A stretch of DNA of 64,000 bases from Eledone cirrhosa. Lineage: Eukaryota. Positions 1-15,000 of this stretch are shown piece by piece (positions within the stretch are counted from its first letter, which is position 1; each line of letters opens with the position of its first letter). The position numbers and the translations under genes were made by a program. The stretch is from NCBI GenBank assembly GCA_964016885.1, contig OZ024742.1, positions 348,130,001-348,194,000 on the forward strand, given 5' to 3'. The notes under the pieces were generated by a model that had not been told where the DNA came from, did not search any database, and was given only the letters and a program-made list of their open reading frames with translations.

Positions 1-3000
1 TGGGGGATGAATGTGGAGAAACAGGGAAGACTGGAAAGACATGGGGGATGAATGTGGAGAAACAGGGAAGACTGGAAAAACATGGGGGATAAATGTGGAG
101 GAACATGGAAGACTGGAAAGATATGGGGGATGAATGTGGAGAAACATGGAAGACTGGAAAGACATGGGGGATGAATGTGGAGAAACAGGGAAGGCTGGAA
201 AGATATGGGGGATGAATGTGGAGAAACATGGAAGACTGGAAAGACATGGGGGATGAATGTGGAGAAACATGGAAGACTGGAAAGACATGGGGGATGAATG
301 TGGAGAAACATGGAAGACTGGAAAGACAGGGGGGATAAATGTAGAGGAACATGGAAGACTGGAAAGACATGGGGGATGAATGTGGAGAAACATGGAAGAC
401 TGGACAGACATAGGGGATGAATGTGGAGAAACATGGAAGGCTGGAAAGATATGGGGGATGAATGTGGAGAAACATGGAAGACTGGAAAGATATGGGGGAT
501 GAATGTGGAGAAACAGGGAAGGCTGGAAAGATATGGGGGATGAATGTGGAGAAACATGGAAGACTGGAAAGACATGGGGGATGAATGTGGAGGAACATGG
601 AAGACTGGAAAGATATGGGGGATGAATGTGGAGAAACATGGAAGACTGGAAAGACATGGGGGATGAATGTGGAGAAACAGGGAAGGCTGGAAAGATATGG
701 GGGATGAATGTGGAGAAACATGGAAGGCTGGAAAGATATGGGGGATGAATGTGGAGAAATGGAAGACTGGAAAGACATGGGGGATGAATGTGGAGAAACA
801 TGGAAGACTGGAAAGACATGGGGGATGAATGTGGAGAAACATGGAAGACTGGAAAGACATGGGGGATGAATGTGGAGAAACAGGGAAGACTGAAAAGATA
901 TGGGGGATACATGTGGAGAAACATGGAAGACTGGAAAGATATGGGGGATGAATGTGGAGAAACATGGAAGACTGGAAAGATATGGGGGATGAATGTGGAG
1001 AAACAGGGAAGGCTGGAAAGATATGGGGGATGAATGTGGAGAAACATGGAAGACTGGAAAGACATGGGGGATGAATGTGGAGAAACATGGAAGACTGGAA
1101 AGACATGGGGGATAAATGTGGAGGAACATGGAAGACTGGAAAGATATGGGGGATGAATGTGGAGAAACATGGAAGACTGGAAAGACATGGGGGATGAATG
1201 TGGAGAAACAGGGAAGGCTGGAAAGATATGGGGGATGAATGTGGAGAAACATGGAAGGCTGGAAAGATATGGGGGATGAATGTGGAGAAATGGAAGACTG
1301 GAAAGACATGGGGGATGAATGTGGAGAAACATGGAAGACTGGAAAGACATGGGGGATGAATGTGGAGAAACATGGAAGACTGGAAAGACATGGGGGATGA
1401 ATGTGGAGAAACAGGGAAGACTGAAAAGATATGGGGGATACATGTGGAGAAACATGGAAGACTGGAAAGACATGGGGGATGAATGTGGAGAAACATGGAA
1501 GACTGGAAAGACATGGGGGATGAAGGTGGAGAAACAAGGAAGACTGGAAAGATATGGGGGATGAATGTGGAGAAACAGGGAAGACTGGAAAGATATGGGG
1601 GATGAATGTGGAGAAACAGGGAAGACTGGAAAGATATGGGGGATGAATGTGGAGAAACATGGAAGACTGGAAAGACATGGGGGATGAATGTGGAGAAACA
1701 GGGAAGACTGGAAAAACATGGGGGATGAATGTGGAGAAACGGAAGACTGGAAAGATATGGGGGATGAATGTGGAGAAACATGGAAGACTGGAAAGACATG
1801 AGGGATGAATGTGGAGAAACATGGAAGACTGGAAAGACATGGGGGATGAATGTGGAGAAACAGGGAAGACTGGAAAGACATGGGGGATGAATGTGTAGAA
1901 ACAGGGAAGACTGGAAAGATATGGGGGATGAATGTGGAGAAACAGGGAAGACTGGAAAGATATGGGGGATGAATGTGGAGAAACATGGAAGACTGGAAAG
2001 ATATGGGGGATGAATGTGGAGAAACATGGAAGACTGGAAAGACATGGGGGATGAATGTGGAGAAACAGGGAAGGCTGGAAAGATATGGGGGATGAATGTG
2101 GAGAAACAGGGAAGGCTGGAAAGATATGGGGGATGAATGTGGAGAAACATGGAAGACTGGAAAGACATGGGGGATGAATGTGTAGAAACAGGGAAGACTG
2201 GAAAGATATGGGGGATGAATGTGGAGAAACAGGGAAGACTGGAAAGATATGGGGGATGAATGTGGAGAAACATGGAAGACTGGAAAGATATGGGGGATAC
2301 ATGTGGAGAAACATGGAAGACTGGAAAGATATGGGGGATGAATGTGGAGAAACAGGGAAGGCTGGAAAGACATGGGGGGGGGGTGAATGTGGAGAAACAT
2401 GGAAGACTGGAAAGATATGGGGGATGAATGTGGAGAAACAGGGAAGACTGGAAAGACATGGGGGATAAATATGGAGGAACATGGAAGACTGGAAAGATAT
2501 GGGGGACGAATGTGGAGAAACATGGAAGACTGGAAAGACATGGGGGATGAATGTGGAGAAACATGGAAGACTGGAAAGACATGGGGGATGAATGTGGAGA
2601 AACATGGAAGACTGGAAAGACATGGGGGATAAATGTGGAGGAACATGGAAGACTGGAAAGATATGGGGGATGAATGTGGAGAAACATGGAAGACTGGAAA
2701 GACATGGGGGATGAATGTGGAGAAACAGGGAAGACTGCAAAGACATGGGGGATGAATGTGGAGAAACAGGGAAGACTGGAAAGATATGGGGGATGAATGT
2801 GGAGAAACATGGAAGACTGGAAAGACATGGGGGATAAACGTGGAGGAACATGGAAGACTGGAAAGATATGGGGGATGAATGTGGAGAAACATGGAAGACT
2901 GGAAAGACATGGGGGGATGAATGTGGAGAAACAGGGAAGACTGGAAAGACATGGGGGATAAATGTGGAGGAACATGGAAGACTGGAAAGATATGGGGGAT

Positions 3001-6000
3001 GAATGTGGAGAAACATGGAAGACTGGAAAGACATGGGGGATGAATGTGGAGAAACAGGGAAGACTGGAAAGACATGGGGGATGAATGTGGAGAAACATGG
3101 AAGACTGGAAAGACATGGGGGATGAATGTGGAGAAACATGGAAGACTGGAAAGACATGGGGTATGAATGTGGAGGAACATGGAAGACTGGAAAGACATGG
3201 GGGATGAATGTGGAGAAACATGGAAGACTGGAAAGACATGGGGGATGAATGTGGAGAAACATGGAAGACTGGAAAGATATGGGGGATGAATGTGGAGAAA
3301 CAGGGAAGACTGGAAAGACATGGGGGATGAATGTGGAGAAACATGGAAGAATGGAAACATATGGGGGATGAATGTGGAGAAACAGGGAAGACTGGAAAGA
3401 CATGGGGGATAAATGTGGAGGAACATGGAAGACTGGAAAGATATGGGGGATGAATGTGGAGAAACATGGAAGACTGGAAAGACATGGGGGATGAATGTGG
3501 AGAAACATGGAAGACTGGAAAGACATGGGGGATGAATGTGGAGAAACATGGAAGACTGGAAAGACAGGGGGGATAAATGTAGAGGAACATGGAAGACTGG
3601 AAAGACATGGGGGATGAATGTGGAGAAACATGGAAGACTGGAAAGATATGGGGGATGAATGTGGAGAAACAGGGAAGACTGGAAAGAGATGGGGGATGAA
3701 TGTGGAGAAACATGGAAGACTTGAAAGATATGGGGGATGAATGTGGAGAAACAGGGAAGACTGGAAAGACATGGGGGATAAATGTGGAAGAACATGGAAG
3801 ACTGGAAAGATATGGGGGATGAATGTGGAGAAACATGGAAGACTGGAAAGACATGGGGGATGAATGTGGAGAAACTGTGAAGACTGGAAAGACATGGGGG
3901 ATAAATGTGGAGGAACATGGAAGACTGGAAAGATATGGGGGATGAATGTGGAGAAACATGGAAGACTGGAAAGACATGGGGGATGAATGTGGAGAAACAG
4001 GGAAGGCTGGAAAGATATGGGGGATGAATGTGGAGAAACATGGAAGGCTGGAAAGATATGGGGGATGAATGTGGAGAAATGGAAGACTGGAAAGACATGG
4101 GGGATGAATGTGGAGAAACATGGAAGACTGGAAAGACATGGGGGATGAATGTGGAGAAACATGGAAGACTGGAAAGACATGGGGGATGAATGTGGAGAAA
4201 CAGGGAAGACTGAAAAGATATGGGGGATACATGTGGAGAAACATGGAAGACTGGAAAGATATGGGGGATGAATGTGGAGAAACATGGAAGACTGGAAAGA
4301 TATGGGGGATGTATGTGGAGAAACATGGAAGACTGGAAAGACATGGGGGATGAATGTGGAGAAACAGGCAAGACTGGAAAGACATGGGGGATGAATGTGG
4401 AGAAACAGGGAAGACTGGAAAGACATGGGGGATGAACGTGGAGAAACAGGGAAGGCTGGAAAGACATGGGGGATGAATGTGGAGAAACAGGGAAGACTGG
4501 AAAGACATGGGGGATGAATGTGGAGAAACAGGGAAGACTGGAAAAACATGGGGGATAAATGTGGAGGAACATGGAAGACTGGAAAGATATGGGGGATGAA
4601 TGTGGAGAAACATGGAAGACTGGAAAGACATGGGGGATGAATGTGGAGAAACAGGGAAGGCTGGAAAGATATGGGGGATGAATGTGGAGAAACATGGAAG
4701 ACTGGAAAGACATGGGGGATGAATGTGGAGAAACATGGAAGACTGGAAAGACATGGGGGATGAATGTGGAGAAACATGGAAGACTGGAAAGACAGGGGGG
4801 ATAAATGTAGAGGAACATGGAAGACTGGAAAGACATGGGGGATGAATGTGGAGAAACATGGAAGACTGGACAGACATAGGGGATGAATGTGGAGAAACAT
4901 GGAAGGCTGGAAAGATATGGGGGATGAATGTGGAGAAACATGGAAGACTGGAAAGATATGGGGGATGAATGTGGAGAAACAGGGAAGGCTGGAAAGATAT
5001 GGGGGATGAATGTGGAGAAACATGGAAGACTGGAAAGACATGGGGGATGAATGTGGAGGAACATGGAAGACTGGAAAGATATGGGGGATGAATGTGGAGA
5101 AACATGGAAGACTGGAAAGACATGGGGGATGAATGTGGAGAAACAGGGAAGGCTGGAAAGATATGGGGGATGAATGTGGAGAAACATGGAAGGCTGGAAA
5201 GATATGGGGGATGAATGTGGAGAAATGGAAGACTGGAAAGACATGGGGGATGAATGTGGAGAAACATGGAAGACTGGAAAGACATGGGGGATGAATGTGG
5301 AGAAACATGGAAGACTGGAAAGACATGGGGGATGAATGTGGAGAAACAGGGAAGACTGAAAAGATATGGGGGATACATGTGGAGAAACATGGAAGACTGG
5401 AAAGATATGGGGGATGAATGTGGAGAAACATGGAAGACTGGAAAGATATGGGGGATGAATGTGGAGAAACAGGGAAGGCTGGAAAGATATGGGGGATGAA
5501 TGTGGAGAAACATGGAAGACTGGAAAGACATGGGGGATGAATGTGGAGAAACATGGAAGACTGGAAAGACATGGGGGATAAATGTGGAGGAACATGGAAG
5601 ACTGGAAAGATATGGGGGATGAATGTGGAGAAACATGGAAGACTGGAAAGACATGGGGGATGAATGTGGAGAAACAGGGAAGGCTGGAAAGATATGGGGG
5701 ATGAATGTGGAGAAACATGGAAGGCTGGAAAGATATGGGGGATGAATGTGGAGAAATGGAAGACTGGAAAGACATGGGGGATGAATGTGGAGAAACATGG
5801 AAGACTGGAAAGACATGGGGGATGAATGTGGAGAAACATGGAAGACTGGAAAGACATGGGGGATGAATGTGGAGAAACAGGGAAGACTGAAAAGATATGG
5901 GGGATACATGTGGAGAAACATGGAAGACTGGAAAGATATGGGGGATGAATGTGGAGAAACATGGAAGACTGGAAAGATATGGGGGATGTATGTGGAGAAA

Positions 6001-9000
6001 CATGGAAGACTGGAAAGACATGGGGGATGAATGTGGAGAAACAGGCAAGACTGGAAAGACATGGGGGATGAATGTGGAGAAACAGGGAAGACTGGAAAGA
6101 CATGGGGGATGAACGTGGAGAAACAGGGAAGGCTGGAAAGACATGGGGGATGAATGTGGAGAAACAGGGAAGACTGGAAAGACATGGGGGATGAATGTGG
6201 AGAAACAGGGAAGACTGGAAAAACATGGGGGATAAATGTGGAGGAACATGGAAGACTGGAAAGATATGGGGGATGAATGTGGAGAAACATGGAAGACTGG
6301 AAAGACATGGGGGATGAATGTGGAGAAACAGGGAAGGCTGGAAAGATATGGGGGATGAATGTGGAGAAACATGGAAGACTGGAAAGACATGGGGGATGAA
6401 TGTGGAGAAACATGGAAGACTGGAAAGACATGGGGGATGAATGTGGAGAAACATGGAAGACTGGAAAGACAGGGGGGATAAATGTAGAGGAACATGGAAG
6501 ACTGGAAAGACATGGGGGATGAATGTGGAGAAACATGGAAGACTGGACAGACATAGGGGATGAATGTGGAGAAACATGGAAGACTGGAAAGATATGTGGG
6601 ATGAATGTGGAGAAACAGGGAAGACTGGAAAGAGATGGGGGATGAATGTGGAGAAACATGGAAGACTTGAAAGATATGGGGGATGAATGTGGAGAAACAT
6701 GGAAGACTGGAAAGACATGGGGGATAAATGTGGAAGGACATGGAAGACTGGAAAGATATGGGGGATGAATGTGGAGAAACATGGAAGACTGGAAAGACAT
6801 GGGGGATGAATGTGGAGAAACTGTGAAGACTGGAAAGACATGGGGGATAAATGTGGAGGAACATGGAAGACTGGAAAGATATGGGGGATGAATGTGGAGA
6901 AACATGGAAGACTGGAAAGACATGGGGGATGAATGTGGAGAAACAGGGAAGACTGGAAAGACATGGGGGATGAATGTGGAGAAACAGGGAAGACTGGAAA
7001 GACATGGGGGATGAATGTGGAAAAATGGAAGACTGGAAAGACATGGGGGATGAATGTGGAGAAACATGGAAGACTGGAAAGACATGGGGGATGAATGTGG
7101 AGAAACATGGAAGACTGGAAAGACATGGGGGATGAATGTGTAGAAACACGGAAGACTGGAAAGATATGGGGGATACATGTGGAGAAACATGGAAGACTGG
7201 AAAGATATGGGGGATGAATGTGGAGAAACATGGAAGACTGGAAAGATATGGGGGATGAATGTGGAGAAACATGGAAGACTGGAAAGACATGGGGGATGAA
7301 TGTGGAGAAACAGGCAAGACTGGAAAGACATGGGGGATGAATGTGGAGAAACAGGGAAGACTGGAAAGACATGGGGGATGAATGTGGAGAAACAGGGAAG
7401 ACTGGAAAGACATGGGGGATGAATGTGGAGAAACATGGAAGACTGGAAAGATATGGGGGATGAATGTGGAGAAACATGGAAGACTGGAAAGACATGGGGG
7501 ATGAATGTGGAGAAACAGAGAAGACTGGAAAGACATGGGGGATGAATGTGGAGAAACAGGGAAGACTGGAAAGACATGGGGGATGAACGTGGAGAAACAG
7601 GGAAGGCTGGAAAGACATGGGGGATGAATGTGGAGAAACAGGGAAGGCTGGAAAGATATGGGGGATGAATGTGGAGAAACAGGGAAGACTGGAAAGACAT
7701 GGGCGATGAATGTGGAGAAACAGGGAAGACTGGAAAGACATGGGGGATAAATGTGGAGGAACATGGAAGACTGGAAAGATATGGGGGATGAATGTGGAGA
7801 AACATGGAAGACTGGAAAGACATGGGGGATGAATGTGGAGAAACAGGGAAGGCTGGAAAGATATGGGGGATGAATGTGGAGAAACATGGAAGACTGGAAA
7901 GACATGGGGGATGAATGTGGAGAAACAGGGAAGACTGGAAAGACATGGGGGATAAATGTGGAGAAACAGGGAAGACTGGAAAGACATGGGGGATGAATGT
8001 GGAGGAACATGGAAGACTGGAAAGACATGGGGGATGAATGTGTGAATGTGGAGGAACATGGAAGACTGGAAAGACATGGGGGATAAATGTGGAGAAACAG
8101 GGAAGACTGGAAAGACATGGGGGATGAATGTGGAGAAACATGGAAGACTGGAAAGATATTGGGGATGAATGTGGAGAAACATGGAAGACTGAAAAGACAT
8201 GAGGGATGAATGTGGAGAAACATGGAAGACTGGAAAGACATGGGGGATGAATGTGGAGAAACATGGAAGACTGGAAAGACATGGGGGATGAATGTGGAGA
8301 AACAAGGAAGACTGGAAAGATATGGGGGATGAATGTGGAGAAACAGGGAAGACTGGAAAGATATGGGGTATGAATGTGGAGAAACAGGGAAGACTGGAAA
8401 GATATGGGGGATGAATGTGGAGAAACATGGAAGACTGGAAAGACATGGGGGAGGAATGTGGAGAAACAGGGAAGACTGGAAAGACATGGGGGATGAATGT
8501 GGAGAAACGGAAGACTGGAAAGATATGGGGGATGAATGTGGAGAAACATGGAAGACTGGAAAGACATGAGGGATGAATGTGGAGAAACATGGAAGACTGG
8601 AAAGACATGGGGGATGAATGTGGAGAAACAGGGAAGACTGGAAAGACATGGGGGATGAATGTGGAGAAACAGGGAAGACTGGAAAGATATGGGGGATGAA
8701 TGTGGAGAAACAGGGAAGACTGGAAAGATATGGGGGATGAATGTGGAGAAACAGGGAAGACTGGAAAGATATGGGGGATGAATGTGGAGAAACAGGGAAG
8801 ACTGGAAAGACATGGGGGATGAATGTGGAGAAAGAGGGAAGGCTGGAAAGATATGGGGGATGAATGTGGAGAAACAGGGAAGGCTGGAAAGAAATGGGGG
8901 ATGAATGTGGAGAAACGGAAGACTGGAAAGACATGGGGGATGAATGTGGAGAAACATGGAAGACTGGAAAGACATGGGGGATGAATGTGGAGAAACATGG

Positions 9001-12000
9001 AAGACTGGAAAGACATGGGGGATGAATGTGGAGAAACGGGGAAGACTGGAAAGATATGGGGGATACATGTGGAGAAACATGGAAGACTGGAAAGATATGG
9101 GGGATGAATGTGGAGAAACATGGAAGACTGGAAAGATATGGGGGATGAATGTGGAGAAACATGGAAAACTGGAAAGACATGGGGGATGAATGTGGAGAAA
9201 CATGGAAGACTGGAAAGACATGGGGGATGAATGTGGAGAAACAGGGAAGTCTGGAAAGACATGGGGGATGAATATGGAGAAACATGGAAAACTGGAAAGA
9301 CATGGGGGATGAATGTGGAGAAACATGGAAGACTGGAAAGATATGGGGGATGAATGTGGAGAAATATGGAAGACTGGAAAGATATGGGGGATGAATGTGG
9401 AGAAACATGGAAGACTGGAAAGACATTGGGGATGAATGTGGAGAAACATGGAAGACTTGAAAGATATGGGGGATGAATGTGGAGAAACAGGGAAGACTGG
9501 AAAGACATGGGGGATAAATGTGGAAGAACATGGAAGACTGGAAAGATATGGGGGATGAATGTGGAGAAACATGGAAGACTGGAAAGACATGGGGGATGAA
9601 TGTGGAGAAACATGGAAGACTGGAAAGACATGGGGGATAAATGTGGAGGAACATGGAAGACTGGAAAGATATGGGGGATGAATGTGGAGAAACATGGAAG
9701 ACTGGAAAGACATGGGGGATGAATGTGGAGAAACAGGGAAGGCTGGAAAGATATGGGGGATGAATGTGGAGAAACATGGAAGGCTGGAAAGATATGGGGG
9801 ATGAATGTGGAGAAATGGAAGACTGGAAAGACATGGGGGATGAATGTGGAGAAACATGGAAGACTGGAAAGACATGGGGGATGAATGTGGAGAAACATGG
9901 AAGACTGGAAAGACATGGGGGATGAATGTGGAGAAACAGGGAAGACTGAAAAGATATGGGGGATACATGTGGAGAAACATGGAAGACTGGAAAGATATGG
10001 GGGATGAATGTGGAGAAACATGGAAGACTGGAAAGATATGGGGGATGTATGTGGAGAAACATGGAAGACTGGAAAGACATGGGGGATGAATGTGGAGAAA
10101 CAGGCAAGACTGGAAAGACATGGGGGATGAATGTGGAGAAACAGGGAAGACTGGAAAGACATGGGGGATGAATGTGGAGAAACAGGGAAGACTGGAAAGA
10201 CATGGGGATGAATGTGGAGAAACATGGAAGACTGGAAAGATATGGGGGATGAATGTGGAGAAACATGGAAGACTGGAAAGACATGGGGGATGAATGTGGA
10301 GAAACAGAGAAGACTGGAAAGACATGGGGGATGAATGTGGAGAAACAGGGAAGACTGGAAAGACATGGGGGATGAACGTGGAGAAACGGGGAAGGCTGGA
10401 AAGACATGGGGGATGAATGTGGAGAAACAGGGAAGACTGGAAAGGCATGGGCGATGAATGTGGAGAAACAGGGAAGACTGGAAAAACATGGGGGATGAAT
10501 GTGGAGAAACATGGAAGACTGGAAAGACATGGGGTATGAATGTGGAGAAACAGGGAAGACTGGAAAGACATGGGGGATGAATGTGGAGAAACATGGAAGA
10601 CTGGAAAGACATGGGGGATGAATGTGGAGAAACATGGAAGACTGGAAAGACAGGGGGGATAAATGTAGAGGAACATGGAAGACTGGAAAGACATGGGGGA
10701 TGAATGTGGAGAAACATGGAAGACTGGAAAGACATGGGGGATGAATGTGGAGAAACATGGAAGACTGGAAAGAGATGGGGGATGAATGTGGAGAAACATG
10801 GAAGACTTGAAAGATATGGGGGATGAATGTGGAGAAACAGGGAAGACTGGAAAGACATGGGGGATAAATGTGGAAGAACATGGAAGACTGGAAAGATATG
10901 GGGGATGAATGTGGAGAAACATGGAAGACTGGAAAGACATGGGGGATGAATGTGGAGAAACTGTGAAGACTGGAAAGACATGGGGGATAAATGTGGAGGA
11001 ACATGGAAGACTGGAAAGATATGGGGGATGAATGTGGAGAAACATGGAAGACTGGAAAGACATGGGGGATGAATGTGGAGAAACAGGGAAGACTGGAAAG
11101 ACATGGGGGATGAATGTGGAGAAACAGGGAAGACTGGAAAGACATGGGGGATGAATGTGGAGAAATGGAAGACTGGAAAGACATGGGGGATGAATGTGGA
11201 GAAACATGGAAGACTGGAAAGACATGGGGGATGAATGTGGAGAAACATGGAAGACTGGAAAGACATGGGGGATGAATGTGTAGAAACACGGAAGACTGGA
11301 AAGATATGGGGGATACATGTGGAGAAACATGGAAGACTGGAAAGATATGGGGGATGAATGTGGAGAAACATGGAAGACTGGAAAGATATGGGGGATGAAT
11401 GTGGAGAAACATGGAAGACTGGAAAGACATGGGGGATGAATGTGGAGAAACAGGCAAGACTGGAAAGACATGGGGGATGAATGTGGAGAAACAGGGAAGA
11501 CTGGAAAGACATGGGGGATGAATGTGGAGAAACAGGGAAGACTGGAAAGACATAGGGGATGAATGTGGAGAAACATGGAAGACTGGAAAGATATGGGGGA
11601 TGAATGTGGAGAAACATGGAAGACTGGAAAGACATGGGGGATGAATGTGGAGAAACAGAGAAGACTGGAAAGACATGGGGGATGAATGTGGAGAAACAGG
11701 GAAGACTGGAAAGACATGGGGGATGAACGTGGAGAAACAGGGAAGGCTGGAAAGACATGGGGGATGAATGTGGAGAAACAGGGAAGGCTGGAAAGATATG
11801 GGGGATGAATGTGGAGAAACAGGGAAGGCTGGAAAGATATGGGGGATGAATGTGGAGAAACAGGGAAGACTGGAAAGACATGGGCGATGAATGTGGAGAA
11901 ACAGGGAAGACTGGAAAGACATGGGGGATAAATGTGGAGGAACATGGAAGACTGGAAAGATATGGGGGATGAATGTGGAGAAACATGGAAGACTGGAAAG

Positions 12001-15000
12001 ACATGGGGGATGAATGTGGAGAAACAGGGAAGGCTGGAAAGATATGGGGGATGAATGTGGAGAAACATGGAAGACTGGAAAGACATGGGGGATGAATGTG
12101 GAGAAACAGGGAAGACTGGAAAGACATGGGGGATAAATGTGGAGAAACAGGGAAGACTGGAAAGACATGAGGGATGAATGTGGAGGAACATGGAAGACTG
12201 GAAAGACATGGGGGATGAATGTGTGAATGTGGAGGAACATGGAAGACTGGAAAGACATGGGGGATGAATGTGGAGAAACAGGGAAGACCGGAAAGACATG
12301 GGGGATGAATGTGGAGAAACATGGAAGACTGGAAAGATATTGGGGATGAATGTGGAGAAACATGGAAGACTGAAAAGACATGAGGGATGAATGTGGAGAA
12401 ACATGGAAGACTGGAAAGACATGGGGGATGAATGTGGAGAAACATGGAAGACTGGAAAGACATGGGGGATGAATGTGGAGAAACAAGGAAGACTGGAAAG
12501 ATATGGGGGATGAATGTGGAGAAACAGGGAAGACTGGAAAGATATGGGGTATGAATGTGGAGAAACAGGGAAGACTGGAAAGATATGGGGGATGAATGTG
12601 GAGAAACATGGAAGACTGGAAAGACATGGGGGAGGAATGTGGAGAAACAGGGAAGACTGGAAAGACATGGGGGATGAATGTGGAGAAACGGAAGACTGGA
12701 AAGATATGGGGGATGAATGTGGAGAAACATGGAAGACTGGAAAGACATGAGGGATGAATGTGGAGAAACAAGGACGACTGGAAAGACATGGGGGATGAAT
12801 GTGGAGAAACAGGGAAGACTGGAAAGACATGGGGGATGAATGTGGAGAAACAGGGAAGACTGGAAAGATATGGGGGATGAATGTGGAGAAACAGGGAAGA
12901 CTGGAAAGATATGGGGGATGAATGTGGAGAAACAGGGAAGACTGGAAAGATATGGGGGATGAATGTGGAGAAACAGGGAAGACTGGAAAGACATGGGGGA
13001 TGAATGTGGAGAAAGAGGGAAGGCTGGAAAGATATGGGGGATGAATGTGGAGAAACAGGGAAGGCTGGAAAGAAATGGGGGATGAATGTGGAGAAACGGA
13101 AGACTGGAAAGACATGGGGGATGAATGTGGAGAAACATGGAAGACTGGAAAGACATGGGGGATGAATGTGGAGAAACGGGGAAGACTGGAAAGATATGGG
13201 GGATACATGTGGAGAAACATGGAAGACTGGAAAGATATGGGGGATGAATGTGGAGAAACATGGAAGACTGGAAAGATATGGGGGATGAATGTGGAGAAAC
13301 ATGGAAAACTGGAAAGACATGGGGGATGAATGTGGAGAAACATGGAAGACTGGAAAGACATGGGGGATGAATGTGGAGAAACAGGGAACTCTGGAAAGAC
13401 ATGGGGGATGAATATGGAGAAACATGGAAGACTGGAAAGACATGGTGGATGAATGTGGAGAAACATGGAAGACTGGAAAGATATGGGGGATGAATGTGGA
13501 GAAACATGGAAGACTGGAAAGATATGGGGGATGAATGTGGAGAAACATGGAAGACTGGAAAGACATTGGGGATGAATGTGGAGAAACATGGAAGACTGGA
13601 AAGATATGGGGGATGAATGTGGAGAAACAGGGAAGGCTGGAAAGACATGGGGTTTGAATGTGGAGAAACATGGAAGACTGGAAAGACATGGGGGATGAAT
13701 GTGTGAATGTGGAGGAACATGGAAGATGGGAAAGACATGGGGGATGAATGTGGAGAAACAGGAAAGACTGGAAAGACATGGGGGATGAATGTGGAGAAAC
13801 ATGGAAGACTGGAAAGATATGGGGGATGAATGTGAAGAAACATGGAAGACTGGAAAGATATGGGGGATGAATGTGGAGAAACATGGAAGACTGGAAAGAC
13901 ATGGGGGATGAATGTGAAGGAACATGGAAGACTGGAAAGACATAGGGGATGAATGTGTGAATGTGGAGGAACATGGAAGACTGGAAAGACATGGGGGATG
14001 AATGTGGAGAAACAGGGAAGACTGGGAAAGCATGGGGGATGAATGTGGAGAAACATGGAAGACTGGAAAGATATGGGGGATGAATGTGGAGAAACATGGA
14101 AGACTGGAAAGACATGGGGGATGAATGTGGAGAAACAGGGAAGACTGGAAAGACATGGGGGATGAATGTGGAGAAACGGAAGACTGGAAAGATATGGGGG
14201 ATGAATGTGGAGAAACATGGAAGACTGGAAAGACATGAGGGATGAATGTGGAGAAACATGGAAGACTGGAAAGACATGGGGGATGAATGTGGAGAAACAT
14301 GGAAGACTGGAAAGACATGGGGGATGAAGGTGGAGAAACAAGGAAGACTGGAAAGATATGGGGGATGAATGTGGAGAAACAGGGAAGACTGGAAAGATAT
14401 GGGGGATGAATGTGGAGAAACAGGGAAGACTGGAAAGATATGGGGGATGAATGTGGAGAAACATGGAAGACTGGAAAGACATGGGGGATGAATGTGGAGA
14501 AACAGGGAAGACTGGAAAGACATGGGGGATGAATGTGGAGAAAGAGGGAAGGCTGGAAAGATATGGGGGATGAATGTGGAGAAACAGGGAAGGCTGGAAA
14601 GAAATGGGGGATGAATGTGGAGAAACAGGCAAGACTGGAAAGACATGGGGGATGAATGTGGAGAAACATGGAAGACTGGAAAGACATGGGGGATGAATGT
14701 GGAGAAACGGGGAAGACTGGAAAGATATGGGGGATACATGTGGAGAAACATGGAAGACTGGAAAGATATGGGGGATGAATGTGGAGAAACATGGAAGACT
14801 GGAAAGATATGGGGGATGAATGTGGAGAAACATGGAAAACTGGAAAGACATGGGGGATGAATGTGGAGAAACATGGAAGACTGGAAAGACATGGGGGATG
14901 AATGTGGAGAAACAGGGAACTCTGGAAAGACATGGGGGATGAATATGGAGAAACATGGAAGACTGGAAAGACATGGTGGATGAATGTGGAGAAACATGGA